Source: a virus
Taxonomy: Duplodnaviria; Caudoviricetes
Direction: 5' to 3' (one strand)
IMG/VR virus record: IMGVR_UViG_3300027983_002388
Length of the DNA: 64,000 bases
Notes under the pieces: model-generated
What the model was told of the DNA's origin: nothing
Database searches by the model: none
What the model saw: only the letters and a program-made list of their open reading frames with translations
Position numbers and translations under genes: made by a program
In this document: one piece after another, positions 18,624 through 28,607 of the stretch
Layout: each line of letters starts with the position of its first letter
Numbering within the stretch: the stretch's first letter is position 1

Positions 18624-19313
18624 CTATTCGCTCAAGGGTTTTTGGTTTTGGTTCTTGATCTTTTGTTTGAGTTTGCCCATTCCCACTTCTGTTAACACCA
18701 TAAACGTGTATCCCCTCGATTGGCAGTGTTGGTTGCAGGCTGTCCATTTTGCAGTATTCCTCGGCAAATGAGTTTGATTTGCAGGCTTGATTTCCCATAT
18801 TTCGATATGTCCATCATCGAAAAGAATACTCAAGTCCGGGTTGTAATCGTGAACGTCGCCTTCAAAGCTATATTGAACTTTGAATGGTTCTACGGCGTAT
18901 GAAATAACTTCGGGCATGGCTTCAAGGTATTCGTACACATCGCATTCCATGCCGCTGCGATAGTGCATTTCTTTTCCACCATTCTTAGTGGAAATCAGAT
19001 AGCCTTCTCTGAATTTAGGCTTTCTTTGCTTTAGCTTGCCGTCTTTCTTATTGCTTTGATCTTTCCAGATCATTGCTTTCATTTGGCCAACCTTGGGTAT
19101 TTGTGCTTCAGATGGGTGTTTGGCCTTAAAGTGGCTTCTCAAATCCCTAACAGGCGCACCGCAACGACCAAGAGGGCAAATTACAAACTCACGACCTTCT
19201 TCGTGCGACTCTATAATGTGCTTCTTGTATTCTTCAAAGTCGGTATAGCCTTTGCCACACACGAAACATTGAAATTTTCTCTTATGATCGTCTTTTGGAA
19301 ACGGCAGTGGCAT
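18624..19313 (-). CDS. TnsA/gp4-like PD-(D/E)XK endonuclease with N-terminal zinc fingers
   Basis: YRSGME, YNPDL, WEIKP, KW.A...C..RGY.F..LTE; CxxC..H..H fingers at the N-terminus. Confidence 0.7.
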   Translation of the reverse strand: MPLPFPKDDHKRKFQCFVCGKGYTDFEEYKKHIIESHEEGREFVICPLGRCGAPVRDLRSHFKAKHPSEAQIPKVGQMKAMIWKDQSNKKDGKLKQRKPKFREGYLISTKNGGKEMHYRSGMECDVYEYLEAMPEVISYAVEPFKVQYSFEGDVHDYNPDLSILFDDGHIEIWEIKPANQTHLPRNTAKWTACNQHCQSRGYTFMVLTEVGMGKLKQKIKNQNQKPLSE

Positions 19314-19746
19314 TTTTTTCCTTTTTCTTCGGCTGCTTAGGATTATGGTGCATGATTATTTTTACTACGTCGTCTCTGTCGCACACATGAATATTGGGAA
19401 TATCCGCATTGCCAAACATATTTTCAACTGAGTCTTCGGGGGAACCGAACATGGATTTCAATAGATTGATGCCGATAAATTTGGCCTCATCCCGAAATCC
19501 AGGCATCATTGGATCATCATCTTCGGGTTCGTCGTTTTTGAGCTTGGCGAAAACCAAGCGACTTTCTTCTGGTGCGCCGAATAAATCGTCGCCTTTTTTG
19601 AAGAATAGAATCATTCCGTGGCGATCCATTAGATCATGAATTGATTTCTCAGCTTCTTGTAAAACTAAGTTTTTGTCCCATAAATCCATAAGCTCCCGGA
19701 ATTGTGAAAAGCCCGGTGATGGAGTATTGAAATAGTTATTGCTCAT
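19282..19746 (-). CDS. hypothetical protein
   Basis: 154-aa ORF. Confidence 0.6.
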   Translation of the reverse strand: MSNNYFNTPSPGFSQFRELMDLWDKNLVLQEAEKSIHDLMDRHGMILFFKKGDDLFGAPEESRLVFAKLKNDEPEDDDPMMPGFRDEAKFIGINLLKSMFGSPEDSVENMFGNADIPNIHVCDRDDVVKIIMHHNPKQPKKKEKNATAVSKRRS

Positions 19747-19774
19747 TTAGTTCCCCCGGTTGATATATACGAAT

Positions 19775-20296
19775 ATGACACGCACTTTACACGGCTTCCG
19801 AAAGTTTGTACTTGAAGACATGGACCCAACTCCAGATAAGTCTCGTAGTGTTGCTATGGGTTCAGGGGATGAAGATAAAGGAACTGAAGATTATTTCGGT
19901 GCCTTGGGCGACGAACAGGGAATTGAATGGAAAGACCTGACAAGGATATTCGAGGACGAACCTTGGGTTTCATCCCACTTTGGATTGGGAACTCCCAATA
20001 AAGAAGTTCTGTACAAGCTGTCGGCATGGGAAATAGTCAAGGGATCGCTCACGCCAAGAGGAGCAGACATACGATTGAAACCCCAGAAGGGAAATCGTAG
20101 TTATCTCTCAGGGAATAAGTTGAATAAATCTAAATACGAAGACACCAACCGTTATCACCTGGGTCGTCAAGAACTCATTAAGTTTCTGACCACAGGTTGG
20201 ACGCCAGCAGCCCAAGGAGCGGGCGGTGGCATGGGAGCCGACCCAATGGGCGGCATGGGTGGTGGAATGCCAGGAGCAGCACCAGCCCCAATGTAA
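19775..20296 (+). CDS. hypothetical protein with G/M-rich tail
   Basis: ORF ending GGGMGADPMGGMGGGMPGAAPAPM. Confidence 0.6.
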   Translation: MTRTLHGFRKFVLEDMDPTPDKSRSVAMGSGDEDKGTEDYFGALGDEQGIEWKDLTRIFEDEPWVSSHFGLGTPNKEVLYKLSAWEIVKGSLTPRGADIRLKPQKGNRSYLSGNKLNKSKYEDTNRYHLGRQELIKFLTTGWTPAAQGAGGGMGADPMGGMGGGMPGAAPAPM

Positions 20297-20307
20297 AAAG
20301 GAGAAAT

Positions 20308-20496
20308 ATGAAATTCAGAGATTGGTTGCAATTACAAGAAGTCGGGACTGGCAGTAACGCCGTCGCCGTATTTTCCCGCCCTGTTGGTATTGGCATGGTT
20401 CAAAGAGAACCAGTAGATATGATCGGCTTCCGTGACGAAGATCACAAGAAAAAACACAAGAAACACAAAAAACAGGACGATCTTGACCACAAATAA
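20308..20496 (+). CDS. small hypothetical protein
   Basis: AAGGAG SD; begins MKFRDWLQLQE. Confidence 0.6.
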   Translation: MKFRDWLQLQEVGTGSNAVAVFSRPVGIGMVQREPVDMIGFRDEDHKKKHKKHKKQDDLDHK

Positions 20497-20511
20497 TGGT
20501 CTAGGTATGAT
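20483..20511 (+). promoter_or_regulatory. sigma70-like promoter
   Basis: TTGACC-N17-TATGAT. Confidence 0.65.
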
Positions 20512-20517
20512 GCTGTC

Positions 20518-20680
20518 TCGATTCGATATTATGCAGAGCAGAAATCGGCGATTCAGTGATCTAACTTGGTGACACACCACCAGCGGCCCCTGGAACGCCG
20601 AATGAAGTCTACACAGTAAGTCGATGGCTTCGAGGAGATTACCAGAAAAACACCACAGCTTCCTTTCTAGGGGCTGTTTT
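20518..20680 (+). ncRNA. candidate small RNA or attenuator leader
   Basis: Non-coding stretch between the promoter and a terminator hairpin (20655-20680), with nested stems; family unknown. Confidence 0.35.
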
Positions 20681-20695
20681 CATTTGGAGATGAGT

Positions 20696-21307
20696 ATGAA
20701 GTTCGCAGTGGTCACAGCTTGCGACGAAGGCTATGCCGACCTCCAGGAGCTTACCAGTCCTACCATCACTGCTTATTGTGACTTACACGGCTATGATTGT
20801 TATGTCCATCGAATTGTTGAAAAAGAACGACCAGCAGCTTGGTATAAGATCAAAGAAGTTTTGAAGGCATTTGAAACCGGCGTGGAATTCGTACTTTGGA
20901 TTGACACCGACGCCATAGTTGTCAATAATAAATTCAGGCTAGAAGACATTGCGGAAGATGGGAAGGACTTCTATTTCGCCTGCAATTGGGCCGCAATGAA
21001 CAGTGGCGTATTCATGATGCGAAACACGCAATTGAATAAGGATTTCCTCAACCTCGTTTGGCAGCACGATCAATTCATCAATGATGGTTGGTGGGAGCAA
21101 CGAGCCATCATTCACTTGCTGGAACTGCAAGTTTATCCCGAAGAAAAGATCAAAGAAATTCCTGCTGTCGATTTTAATTCGGAAGAATATTTCAGCTTTT
21201 CTTTCATTCATCACCTGCCGCAAGTCTCTAAAGTTGAACGCATGAAGATATTTCGCAAAATACTATCAAAGGGCATAAATGGCAAAATCAAACAAGACAA
21301 AACATGA
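20696..21307 (+). CDS. glycosyltransferase, GT34 (GMA12/MNN10)-like
   Basis: AWYKIK, LWIDTDA, MNSGVFMMRN and WEQRAI. Confidence 0.75.
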   Translation: MKFAVVTACDEGYADLQELTSPTITAYCDLHGYDCYVHRIVEKERPAAWYKIKEVLKAFETGVEFVLWIDTDAIVVNNKFRLEDIAEDGKDFYFACNWAAMNSGVFMMRNTQLNKDFLNLVWQHDQFINDGWWEQRAIIHLLELQVYPEEKIKEIPAVDFNSEEYFSFSFIHHLPQVSKVERMKIFRKILSKGINGKIKQDKT

Positions 21308-21404
21308 AGACATAGTTTTGGCAAATTTAGATTTGTTGAAGACGCTGCCTAATTTAGATTTTTATGGATTTTCACTGGTCAATACTACTTGAAAGATAAT
21401 ACAG

Positions 21405-22316
21405 ATGTATGATGTGATGAACAATATTCCTGACCGAATGATTAAGTGTCTGGATAAAGGTTTTGTTGAACTTGTGGATGTAATGCCCCGTCTAGTTCCA
21501 GAAGAAACTAAAACGGCAGATTTTGCCATTGTTCAGGCGGCAAGAGTCTCCTATGGAAACGGCACAAAAACCGTCAATGAAGATCGTGGGCTTATTAGAT
21601 ATTTACTTCGCCACTCTCACACGACGCCAATAGAAATGGTGGAATTCAAGTTCCATGCAAAGATGCCAATTTTTGTTGCCAGACAGTGGATTCGACATCG
21701 GATGAGTTCAACCAACGAATATAGTGGTAGATATTCGGTCATGAAGGATGAATTTTACATTCCTGATATAGACAATATCCGGCAGCAGTCCAAGACGAAT
21801 AAGCAGGGCGGCGATCAGCAAATGTCTACGATGGATGCCCAGGGTTTCCTGGATGTTCTTAATGAAACGTGTGACAATGCCTATGCTACTTATCAGGAGT
21901 ACATCGAAAAAGGCGTGGCTCGTGAGGAAGCAAGAATGATTTTGCCAGTTAACAACTATACCGAGTGGTATTGGAAAATTGACCTTCACAATCTGTTTCA
22001 TTTCCTTGCTTTGCGATGCGATAAGCACGCTCAGATGGAAATTCGAGTATTCGCTGATGCAATGCTCGAATTGATCGAGCCAATAGTTCCTGTTACGGTA
22101 GAAGCCTGGAATGACTATCACGATCATCGTGGTGCGATTAAGCTCACCAGATTAGAAATCGAAGCATTGAAAAAATCACTTTCTGTTCAACCTGCGGAAG
22201 TTGCTGCTGAAGGATGTGTTCAATTTTTTCAAATTGACTCAGATAACAAACGTGAACAAGCAGAATGGATGGATAAGGCAATTAAATTGGGATTTATTGA
22301 AGTCTTGAAACCTTGA
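21405..22316 (+). CDS. thyX: FAD-dependent thymidylate synthase
   Basis: RH.HTTPIE, PIFVARQWIRHR..S.NEYSGRY and EIRVFA. Confidence 0.92.
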   Translation: MYDVMNNIPDRMIKCLDKGFVELVDVMPRLVPEETKTADFAIVQAARVSYGNGTKTVNEDRGLIRYLLRHSHTTPIEMVEFKFHAKMPIFVARQWIRHRMSSTNEYSGRYSVMKDEFYIPDIDNIRQQSKTNKQGGDQQMSTMDAQGFLDVLNETCDNAYATYQEYIEKGVAREEARMILPVNNYTEWYWKIDLHNLFHFLALRCDKHAQMEIRVFADAMLELIEPIVPVTVEAWNDYHDHRGAIKLTRLEIEALKKSLSVQPAEVAAEGCVQFFQIDSDNKREQAEWMDKAIKLGFIEVLKP

Positions 22317-22331
22317 TTTTTTGAAGCCTTG

Positions 22332-22362
22332 AAAGCCCACAACAAAGTTGTGGGCTTTTTTT
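22332..22362 (+). terminator. intrinsic terminator
   Basis: AAAGCCCACAAC-AAA-GTTGTGGGCTTT plus T tract. Confidence 0.8.
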
Positions 22363-22383
22363 GTTGACATACTTACTTATGTT

Positions 22384-23811
22384 ATGAGCATATTAGAAAA
22401 ATTCTTGAAGTTAGAAGCGATTAGTCCAGCAGTGAAAGTTGGCGTTATTGGGGACGCCATGATCGATGAGTATTTCAATGTACGAGTCAAAAAGATTTCC
22501 CCGGAATTTCCCATTCCCGTCATGCACTCCAACACGGATAAATCCCAGGACTTTCCAGGTGGTGCAGCAAACGTCGTTTATCAATTCAAAAACTTTAATG
22601 CCAATGTCAATTTGATTTCCTTTACTGATGAGTCGGCAGATACAGCTTTGAGGATAAAAGGAATCAATACTGCCATGTGCGTGAATATACTCACTCGTAT
22701 TCCTCGAAAACGTAGATTTTATAGTGATGATTTTCCCACCTATAGGTGGGACGTAGAGGAGCCACACTATGGGTTGGGGTCTGATTTAGATAAGAAATGC
22801 TTTGAGCTTTACGAGAAGGCGCAACAGACAGCGGATCATTTTGATGTTCTAATATTTTCAGATTATGACAAAGGTGTATTTTCTAAATATACAGATTTAT
22901 TGATTCCTGAGTGTCCAATCACCATTGTTGATCCTAAATCTGGAGATTTGGATCGTTGGCGAGGTTGTACTATTTTCAAGCCAAATAAAGAAGAAGCACT
23001 TTCATTGTCCGGTTGCAGCAACGTCAATGAGGCTGGAGCCTATTTATTGAATAGGCTTAATTGTAAGGCTGTAATAATCACTCAAGCAGGACAGGGCGTT
23101 ACTGTATTTGATGATCTTGGCACCTACGAGATTCGTCCAACTCAAGCACTCCTACCAGCCGAATCGGTAATTGGTGCTGGCGATTGCTTTACTGCATTTT
23201 TGGCCATGTCATTAGGCTACAAGATAAAAATTCGAGAAGCTGCGGAGATTGCTTGGCGTGCAGGATCGTTGTACGTTAAGAATAGACACAACAAGCCATT
23301 ATATCGAAGCGATATTTTGCATATATTTGACCCGACCGCAGGTAAAATTATTGACACACATCCAGAATTGGTATTTCAAAATAGAAAATACAAACTGGTA
23401 TTCACGAATGGCTGTTTCGATATTCTTCATGCGGGTCATTTGGAAACGCTTCGATATGCACGAAGTCTGGGCGATAAGTTGGTTGTTGCTGTGAACACAG
23501 ATGAAAGTGTCGCCAAGTTCAAGCCAGGACGCCCATTTGTTTCTCTCGATGATCGTATGCGACTTTTAGCTGGATTGGAATTTGTAGATTTTGTCATCCC
23601 ATTTGGTGAACCAACGCCTTTGGAAATTATCAAGCGAATTAAGCCAGATGTATTGGTAAAAGGCGGTGAATATAAAAAAGAAGATATTGTTGGTTACGGA
23701 ATAGTGAACGAAGTAGTGACTGTTCCAATGATTGCTGGCCTATCCACAACCAATCTATTTAAAAAAATAAAGACCCAGATTGAATCTGAGTCTTTAACAA
23801 AAGATGATTAG
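22384..23811 (+). CDS. hldE: bifunctional heptose-7-phosphate kinase / heptose-1-phosphate adenylyltransferase
   Basis: PfkB domain (IGDAMIDEY, GGAANV, SDYDKG, GAGDCF) fused to VFTNGCFDILHAGH cytidylyltransferase-like domain. Confidence 0.88.
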   Translation: MSILEKFLKLEAISPAVKVGVIGDAMIDEYFNVRVKKISPEFPIPVMHSNTDKSQDFPGGAANVVYQFKNFNANVNLISFTDESADTALRIKGINTAMCVNILTRIPRKRRFYSDDFPTYRWDVEEPHYGLGSDLDKKCFELYEKAQQTADHFDVLIFSDYDKGVFSKYTDLLIPECPITIVDPKSGDLDRWRGCTIFKPNKEEALSLSGCSNVNEAGAYLLNRLNCKAVIITQAGQGVTVFDDLGTYEIRPTQALLPAESVIGAGDCFTAFLAMSLGYKIKIREAAEIAWRAGSLYVKNRHNKPLYRSDILHIFDPTAGKIIDTHPELVFQNRKYKLVFTNGCFDILHAGHLETLRYARSLGDKLVVAVNTDESVAKFKPGRPFVSLDDRMRLLAGLEFVDFVIPFGEPTPLEIIKRIKPDVLVKGGEYKKEDIVGYGIVNEVVTVPMIAGLSTTNLFKKIKTQIESESLTKDD

Positions 23812-23827
23812 CCGAGTAAGTGCAAAG

Positions 23828-24145
23828 TTACTTATCACATTTTGCACAGGTGCGGGCATCGCAGCACTTTTTATCGGGACCACAGTTGCATTCAAGACAA
23901 TTGCAACCTTCGGCTCCGCAGGCACATCTGACGCCGCACTTGCATTTATCACAGCACTTGCCATCACATTTGCAGCAGCAGTCCTTGCAACAAAGACACC
24001 CGCAATCACAAGATGTGCAGGCACGCCCGCAATCACAAGACTTGCATTCGTGCTTTTTACAAGGGAAACCAAGACCAAGACAGATCAAGCCAGCGGCTAA
24101 TATACCAGCCAGCGATCCAAGAAACGCTCCAATAAAACACTTCAT
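23828..24145 (-). CDS. membrane-anchored, metallothionein-like Cys-rich protein
   Basis: Hydrophobic N-terminus, then about 30 Cys in 105 aa in CxC and CC patterns; GGAG SD. Confidence 0.6.
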   Translation of the reverse strand: MKCFIGAFLGSLAGILAAGLICLGLGFPCKKHECKSCDCGRACTSCDCGCLCCKDCCCKCDGKCCDKCKCGVRCACGAEGCNCLECNCGPDKKCCDARTCAKCDK

Positions 24146-24203
24146 GGGTAATACTCCTAAGTTGATGTTTATCCTTCAGTAGATATGATTCTATGGAGGA
24201 AAT

Positions 24204-24482
24204 ATGGCACGGCGAAAACTGACGATAAACAAGATTGCAAAGAAACATTGCGACGGCAAGTGTTACTTTTGTCCGTGTGATACTTACGACCTCTTAGACG
24301 TTCACCGTATCATCGAAGGATCGCAGGGCGGAAAGTATACGGACTTTAATACGATCACCGTATGTAGCTTGTGTCATCGTAAAATCCATGCTGGTTTGAT
24401 TCGCATTGATCGTAAGTATTTTTCTACCGCTGGCAGGTGGATGCTTCATCATTGGATTGGCGATGAAGAAAAATGGTCTTAA
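24204..24482 (+). CDS. small HNH endonuclease
   Basis: CYFC..., DVHRI..G..GG....N...VCSLCHRKIH. Confidence 0.75.
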   Translation: MARRKLTINKIAKKHCDGKCYFCPCDTYDLLDVHRIIEGSQGGKYTDFNTITVCSLCHRKIHAGLIRIDRKYFSTAGRWMLHHWIGDEEKWS

Positions 24483-24751
24483 CGTGCGCCAAGTTGTTTT
24501 GCGGCATCTGGACCACCGAGGTAAGCACCTACAGCGCCAGCAGCAGTTGGGTCTTTCTGGACCAGTTTTTCTACATTGGCATCTTGTGTTAGGGCTTGCT
24601 TAATCACTGGCACTGGAGTCAATCCAGGAAGAACTTTAGGGTTCTTTTTTGCAACCATATTCCCAACATCGGCTATTTTGTTGCTGATTGAGGGCGATGA
24701 TTCATCAAACGCTCTATCTCGTTCTGCTGCGAATTCTTTGAATGTCTTCAT
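24479..24751 (-). CDS. putative internal head protein
   Basis: N-terminus MKTFKEFAAE resembles the T4 capsid-targeting sequence MKTYQEFIAE. Confidence 0.55.
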   Translation of the reverse strand: MKTFKEFAAERDRAFDESSPSISNKIADVGNMVAKKNPKVLPGLTPVPVIKQALTQDANVEKLVQKDPTAAGAVGAYLGGPDAAKQLGAR

Positions 24752-24806
24752 ATTTCTATTTACTCCTCAGCAATCAATTTTGGCTGAACATCATACATAG
24801 TGTAGT

Positions 24807-25001
24807 ATGATGACATTCCTTCAATATTTGAACGAGCAAGAGAAGCGTGTAAAGCTCTACGGCATGGGTACGGGACATTCTCCCGGCAAGATGTTTAGTG
24901 TTGTGAATCCAGCTAAACCAGCCAAGCCGATTTTTACGGGCCTAAATGTCAATACCATCCATCCAGTCCCAAGAAATGGAAAACCAGTTAAGGGATTGTG
25001 A
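24807..25001 (+). CDS. small hypothetical protein
   Basis: Begins MMTFLQYLNEQE. Confidence 0.5.
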   Translation: MMTFLQYLNEQEKRVKLYGMGTGHSPGKMFSVVNPAKPAKPIFTGLNVNTIHPVPRNGKPVKGL

Positions 25002-25033
25002 TGAAGCGTGCGAGTCGTTAACTCTATTATGGC

Positions 25034-25615
25034 ATGACAATATCATCGACCGGAGACGGTCTGAATATTTTGATCGCTTGCGATTATCTGCCGCACCATA
25101 ATTGGATGTCTTTTTTGTGTTGGTATTCACTAACCAAAAATCTACCCGATGCGAAGGTTTTCGTTGCATCTCACCGCAGGTTGATGAAGCACGATCTATT
25201 TATTTGGACCCGCAAATGTAAAATTCCCTTTATCCTTCACAAAGAATCTGACGAAGCGGGCCAAATTCAAGCCGCACTCGATTACGGTGTATCCAAACCA
25301 CTGTTGGTCGTATCACCAGATTCTCTTTGTGTGAGAGATTTTGATGAGGCGGGATTTTCACCAGAATCACTCTCTGAAATAGGGAAGCTAGATGCGGAGC
25401 TATCTTGTGATTGCAAAGAGGCTCGTTCGTGTCCTTTCGTGACATATTCAAATGGCTGGGGTAAGTTTGTTACATCCTCATGGATAAATAAGATGAGTAG
25501 CCCCTTTTTGTTTGGTGTTAAGTATAGCCAAGGCGATTTAACGGCTAACGAACTGAGGATTGGGCGGCTTTGGAGCGCAGCAACTCCCTTATTTTTAACC
25601 GTATCAAGAGGATAA
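25034..25615 (+). CDS. hypothetical protein
   Basis: 193-aa ORF. Confidence 0.6.
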   Translation: MTISSTGDGLNILIACDYLPHHNWMSFLCWYSLTKNLPDAKVFVASHRRLMKHDLFIWTRKCKIPFILHKESDEAGQIQAALDYGVSKPLLVVSPDSLCVRDFDEAGFSPESLSEIGKLDAELSCDCKEARSCPFVTYSNGWGKFVTSSWINKMSSPFLFGVKYSQGDLTANELRIGRLWSAATPLFLTVSRG

Positions 25616-25616
25616 T

Positions 25617-25913
25617 ATGAGAAGGTTCAATTACGACGACAACGAAGAATATCGTGAGGACGTAGACAAATTCTTTAGTGAAGAAGGCGAAGGCGACCTC
25701 AGCGATGAGCAATACAAAGCCATCATGGAAGAAGAAAGGGCAATTCAACAATTGCAAATTCGGTTTGTCCATCGTGACTTGAATCACCGTATTCTTAGAA
25801 CTGCCATTCGTGCCTGTGAAAAATCAATTTGGTGGCGGTTTTGCCGACATACTACTAAATTAAAAATGATAGATGCGACTTACAAGCAACTTAGAAAGCT
25901 AGAGGAAGAATAA
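25617..25913 (+). CDS. hypothetical protein
   Basis: GAGG SD; 98 aa. Confidence 0.6.
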   Translation: MRRFNYDDNEEYREDVDKFFSEEGEGDLSDEQYKAIMEEERAIQQLQIRFVHRDLNHRILRTAIRACEKSIWWRFCRHTTKLKMIDATYKQLRKLEEE

Positions 25914-26248
25914 TGCCACGTTACGATTTTGAATGCAAGAAGTGCAAGAAGGTGTACGAAGAGTTGGTCCCCTACGATGAAACCAATAAATACAAAGGGG
26001 TTCAGTGTCCTGATTGTGGATGTAAGCGTAAAGAAAAGCTGGTTTCAGCTTGTAGTTTTATGTTTTCAAATCCTGAAGGTACTGACCGTTGGAATAGTTC
26101 ATCGTCGGGACATGACTATCGGTTCCACCATAATTTGCCCAAGGTTATTGCTGAAAGACAAGCAGCAGAGGAACATGGTGGCAATGCCGAACCATACAAC
26201 TCAATAAACGACCTTGAAAGCAATGACTCGTGGGGCGAAGCGAAATAA
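25913..26248 (+). CDS. FmdB-like zinc-ribbon protein
   Basis: MPRYDFECKKC...VQCPDCG. Confidence 0.7.
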   Translation: MPRYDFECKKCKKVYEELVPYDETNKYKGVQCPDCGCKRKEKLVSACSFMFSNPEGTDRWNSSSSGHDYRFHHNLPKVIAERQAAEEHGGNAEPYNSINDLESNDSWGEAK

Positions 26249-26257
26249 AAAGAAAAG

Positions 26258-26289
26258 AAAAAGTCCAGGATTATCGTCCTGGACTTTTT
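26258..26289. terminator. intrinsic terminator, possibly bidirectional
   Basis: AAAAAGTCCAGGA-N6-TCCTGGACTTTTT. Confidence 0.8.
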
Positions 26290-26438
26290 CTTTGTCATAT
26301 CCTCTCTTATAATCCAAGAAGACACCTGTTGAATATCTTGAACATTTTTCAAGATTAGTATTTTGGGTCTTGAACGAGAAATATTCAGCGGCTATATTCC
26401 ATCTTGCTCGTACCGGATATATGCTCCTTGGAGGAAAA

Positions 26439-28517
26439 ATGACAACAACCCTGAAGAAAGCAATTGGCAACTTTAACCGAAATCAATTCCGTGCGTTGCA
26501 CGCCGAAATGACTTTCGGGGAGTATCTGGAGCTTTGTTACAAGCAGCCGTTTCTGCTTCGCAACGCTTGGCAGACACTTTATGACATGATTATGGAGAAG
26601 GGTTCCGGTACGACTGAAGAGTACCGAAAAACCTATACCAACTATTACTTCTTCGATGATCCAGATTATCCAATCATTGGTTTAACGCCAATGAAGGACG
26701 CCCTGGTCAAGTTCATCAAGGGAGCCGCTGGTGGCTACGGAACAGAACGCCGTATTCTTTTGCTGCACGGTCCTGTTGGTAGCTCGAAGTCAACGCTGTG
26801 TCGCTTGCTCAAGCGAAGCATGGAGAAGTTCTCCCGCACAGACCAAGGAGCATGGTACTCCTACAAGTGGGTCAATCTACCAACTGGTGTAGATGGTGTG
26901 TACACAGAAGCAGAATGTCCTTGCCCGATGCACGAGCAGCCTCTCAAGTTGCTTCCAGTCGAAGTTCGTCAACCTATTATTGATGAATTGAATCGTATTT
27001 TTGAGGAGATTTCTCCTGAAGAACGGCAGCAAGACCTTTATACGCTGCGTTGTGCAGATGAGTTGAATCCGCTGTGTAATAAGTTCATGACTTATTTCTT
27101 GAAGAAGTATGATGGCGACCTGGAGCAAGTGCTTGAGAAGCACATCAGGGTTGTTCGTAAGGTCTACAGCGAAGCGGATCGTTGCGGTATTGCAACCTTC
27201 CAGCCGAAGGACGAGAAGAATCAGGACAGCACCGAACTTACTGGTGACATCAACTTCCGTCAGATCGGCAACTTTGGTTCCGACTCCGATCCACGAGCCT
27301 TCTCCTTTGATGGTGAATTCTGTGTCGGAAATCGTGGCATCATCGAGTTTATCGAAGCCCTGAAGCTCGATACTGCGTTCTTGTACGACCTCTTGGGTGC
27401 CTCGCAAGAGCAAAGCATCAAGCCGAAGAAGTTCTCTCAGGTCAGTATTGATGAAGCGATCATAGCTCACACAAACGACCCAGAATTCCAGAAACTCAAG
27501 AGTAATCAGTACATGGAAGCATTCCGTGACCGTACCACCAAGATCGACGTTCCTTACACCCTCAAGTGGTCTGAAGAACTCCGCATTTTGGAGAAGGATT
27601 ATGGTCCTGGCAAGGTGAAGCAGCATATTGCTCCTCACACATTGGAAATTGCTGCTCTGTGGAGTGTATTGACCCGTTTGGCCGACGACAAGGATGGCAA
27701 AATTTCTTTGATCGAGAAGGCCGAACTGTATGACAACAAGCTATTGGCTGGTTGGACAGAAGATGCCGTCAAGGAAATGAAGGATAAGTATCCTGATGAG
27801 GGTATGCAGGGCGGTGTGTCCGTGCGATACCTTCAGGATAAGATTTCCAATTGCTTGGCCAATAACCATGACTATGTGAATATGTTCATGGTGTTGAATG
27901 AACTCCGGGATGGGCTGGAACATTCTTCTCTATTGTCCAACAAGGAACAGGTCGGTCGTTACATCTCCTGCATCGACTTGGCTCTCAAGAAGCTGACCGA
28001 AATCTTGAAGGCTGAGGTACAGAAGGCTCTTGTGGGCGACGAAGACGCAATCATTCGGCTTTGCACGAACTATATCGACAACGTGATGGCATTCATCAAT
28101 AAGTCGAAGATGAAAGACCCAATCACGGGTCAAGACCGCAAGCCGGATGAGCGACTGATGCGACAGATTGAAGAGAAGATTCAAATCCCGGATACGGGCT
28201 GTGAAGACTTCCGCCGTCAGATCGCAGCGTTCATCGGTGATTTGGCTCACAAGGGCAAGCAGTTCCGCTGGGACAGCAATCCTAAGCTCCGCAAGGCTCT
28301 CGAAGCCAAGCTGTTCGAGGACGTTAAGGACACCATCAAGCTGAGTGCCTTGAACGTCAGTGGTGCAACAGTTGTGGATAAGGACATTCAGGAAAAGATC
28401 GACGCTATCAAGACCCGGCTCATCAAGCAATACGGGTATAACGAGCGGTCGGCAACTGATGTTCTGGACTTCGTGGGCGGCATCTTCGCCCGTGGCGATT
28501 TGGCCGAAGATGACTAA
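26439..28517 (+). CDS. prkA: PrkA/YeaG family AAA+ protein
   Basis: LLLHGPVGSSKST, FQPKDEKNQDSTELTG, GNRGIIEFIE and IIAHTN.PE; GGAGG SD before ATG 26439. Confidence 0.92.
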   Translation: MTTTLKKAIGNFNRNQFRALHAEMTFGEYLELCYKQPFLLRNAWQTLYDMIMEKGSGTTEEYRKTYTNYYFFDDPDYPIIGLTPMKDALVKFIKGAAGGYGTERRILLLHGPVGSSKSTLCRLLKRSMEKFSRTDQGAWYSYKWVNLPTGVDGVYTEAECPCPMHEQPLKLLPVEVRQPIIDELNRIFEEISPEERQQDLYTLRCADELNPLCNKFMTYFLKKYDGDLEQVLEKHIRVVRKVYSEADRCGIATFQPKDEKNQDSTELTGDINFRQIGNFGSDSDPRAFSFDGEFCVGNRGIIEFIEALKLDTAFLYDLLGASQEQSIKPKKFSQVSIDEAIIAHTNDPEFQKLKSNQYMEAFRDRTTKIDVPYTLKWSEELRILEKDYGPGKVKQHIAPHTLEIAALWSVLTRLADDKDGKISLIEKAELYDNKLLAGWTEDAVKEMKDKYPDEGMQGGVSVRYLQDKISNCLANNHDYVNMFMVLNELRDGLEHSSLLSNKEQVGRYISCIDLALKKLTEILKAEVQKALVGDEDAIIRLCTNYIDNVMAFINKSKMKDPITGQDRKPDERLMRQIEEKIQIPDTGCEDFRRQIAAFIGDLAHKGKQFRWDSNPKLRKALEAKLFEDVKDTIKLSALNVSGATVVDKDIQEKIDAIKTRLIKQYGYNERSATDVLDFVGGIFARGDLAEDD

Positions 28518-28536
28518 TCTCGTCTGAGGGTTTAAT

Positions 28537-28562
28537 GGGATGGATTCACAAGAGTCCATCCC
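28537..28562 (+). terminator. stem-loop after prkA (terminator or mRNA stabiliser)
   Basis: GGGATGGATTC-ACAA-GAGTCCATCCC followed by a pyrimidine run. Confidence 0.55.
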
Positions 28563-28607
28563 CTTCTCTCATTTCATTTTTAACTCATTTAATTTTTAGG
28601 CAATCTC

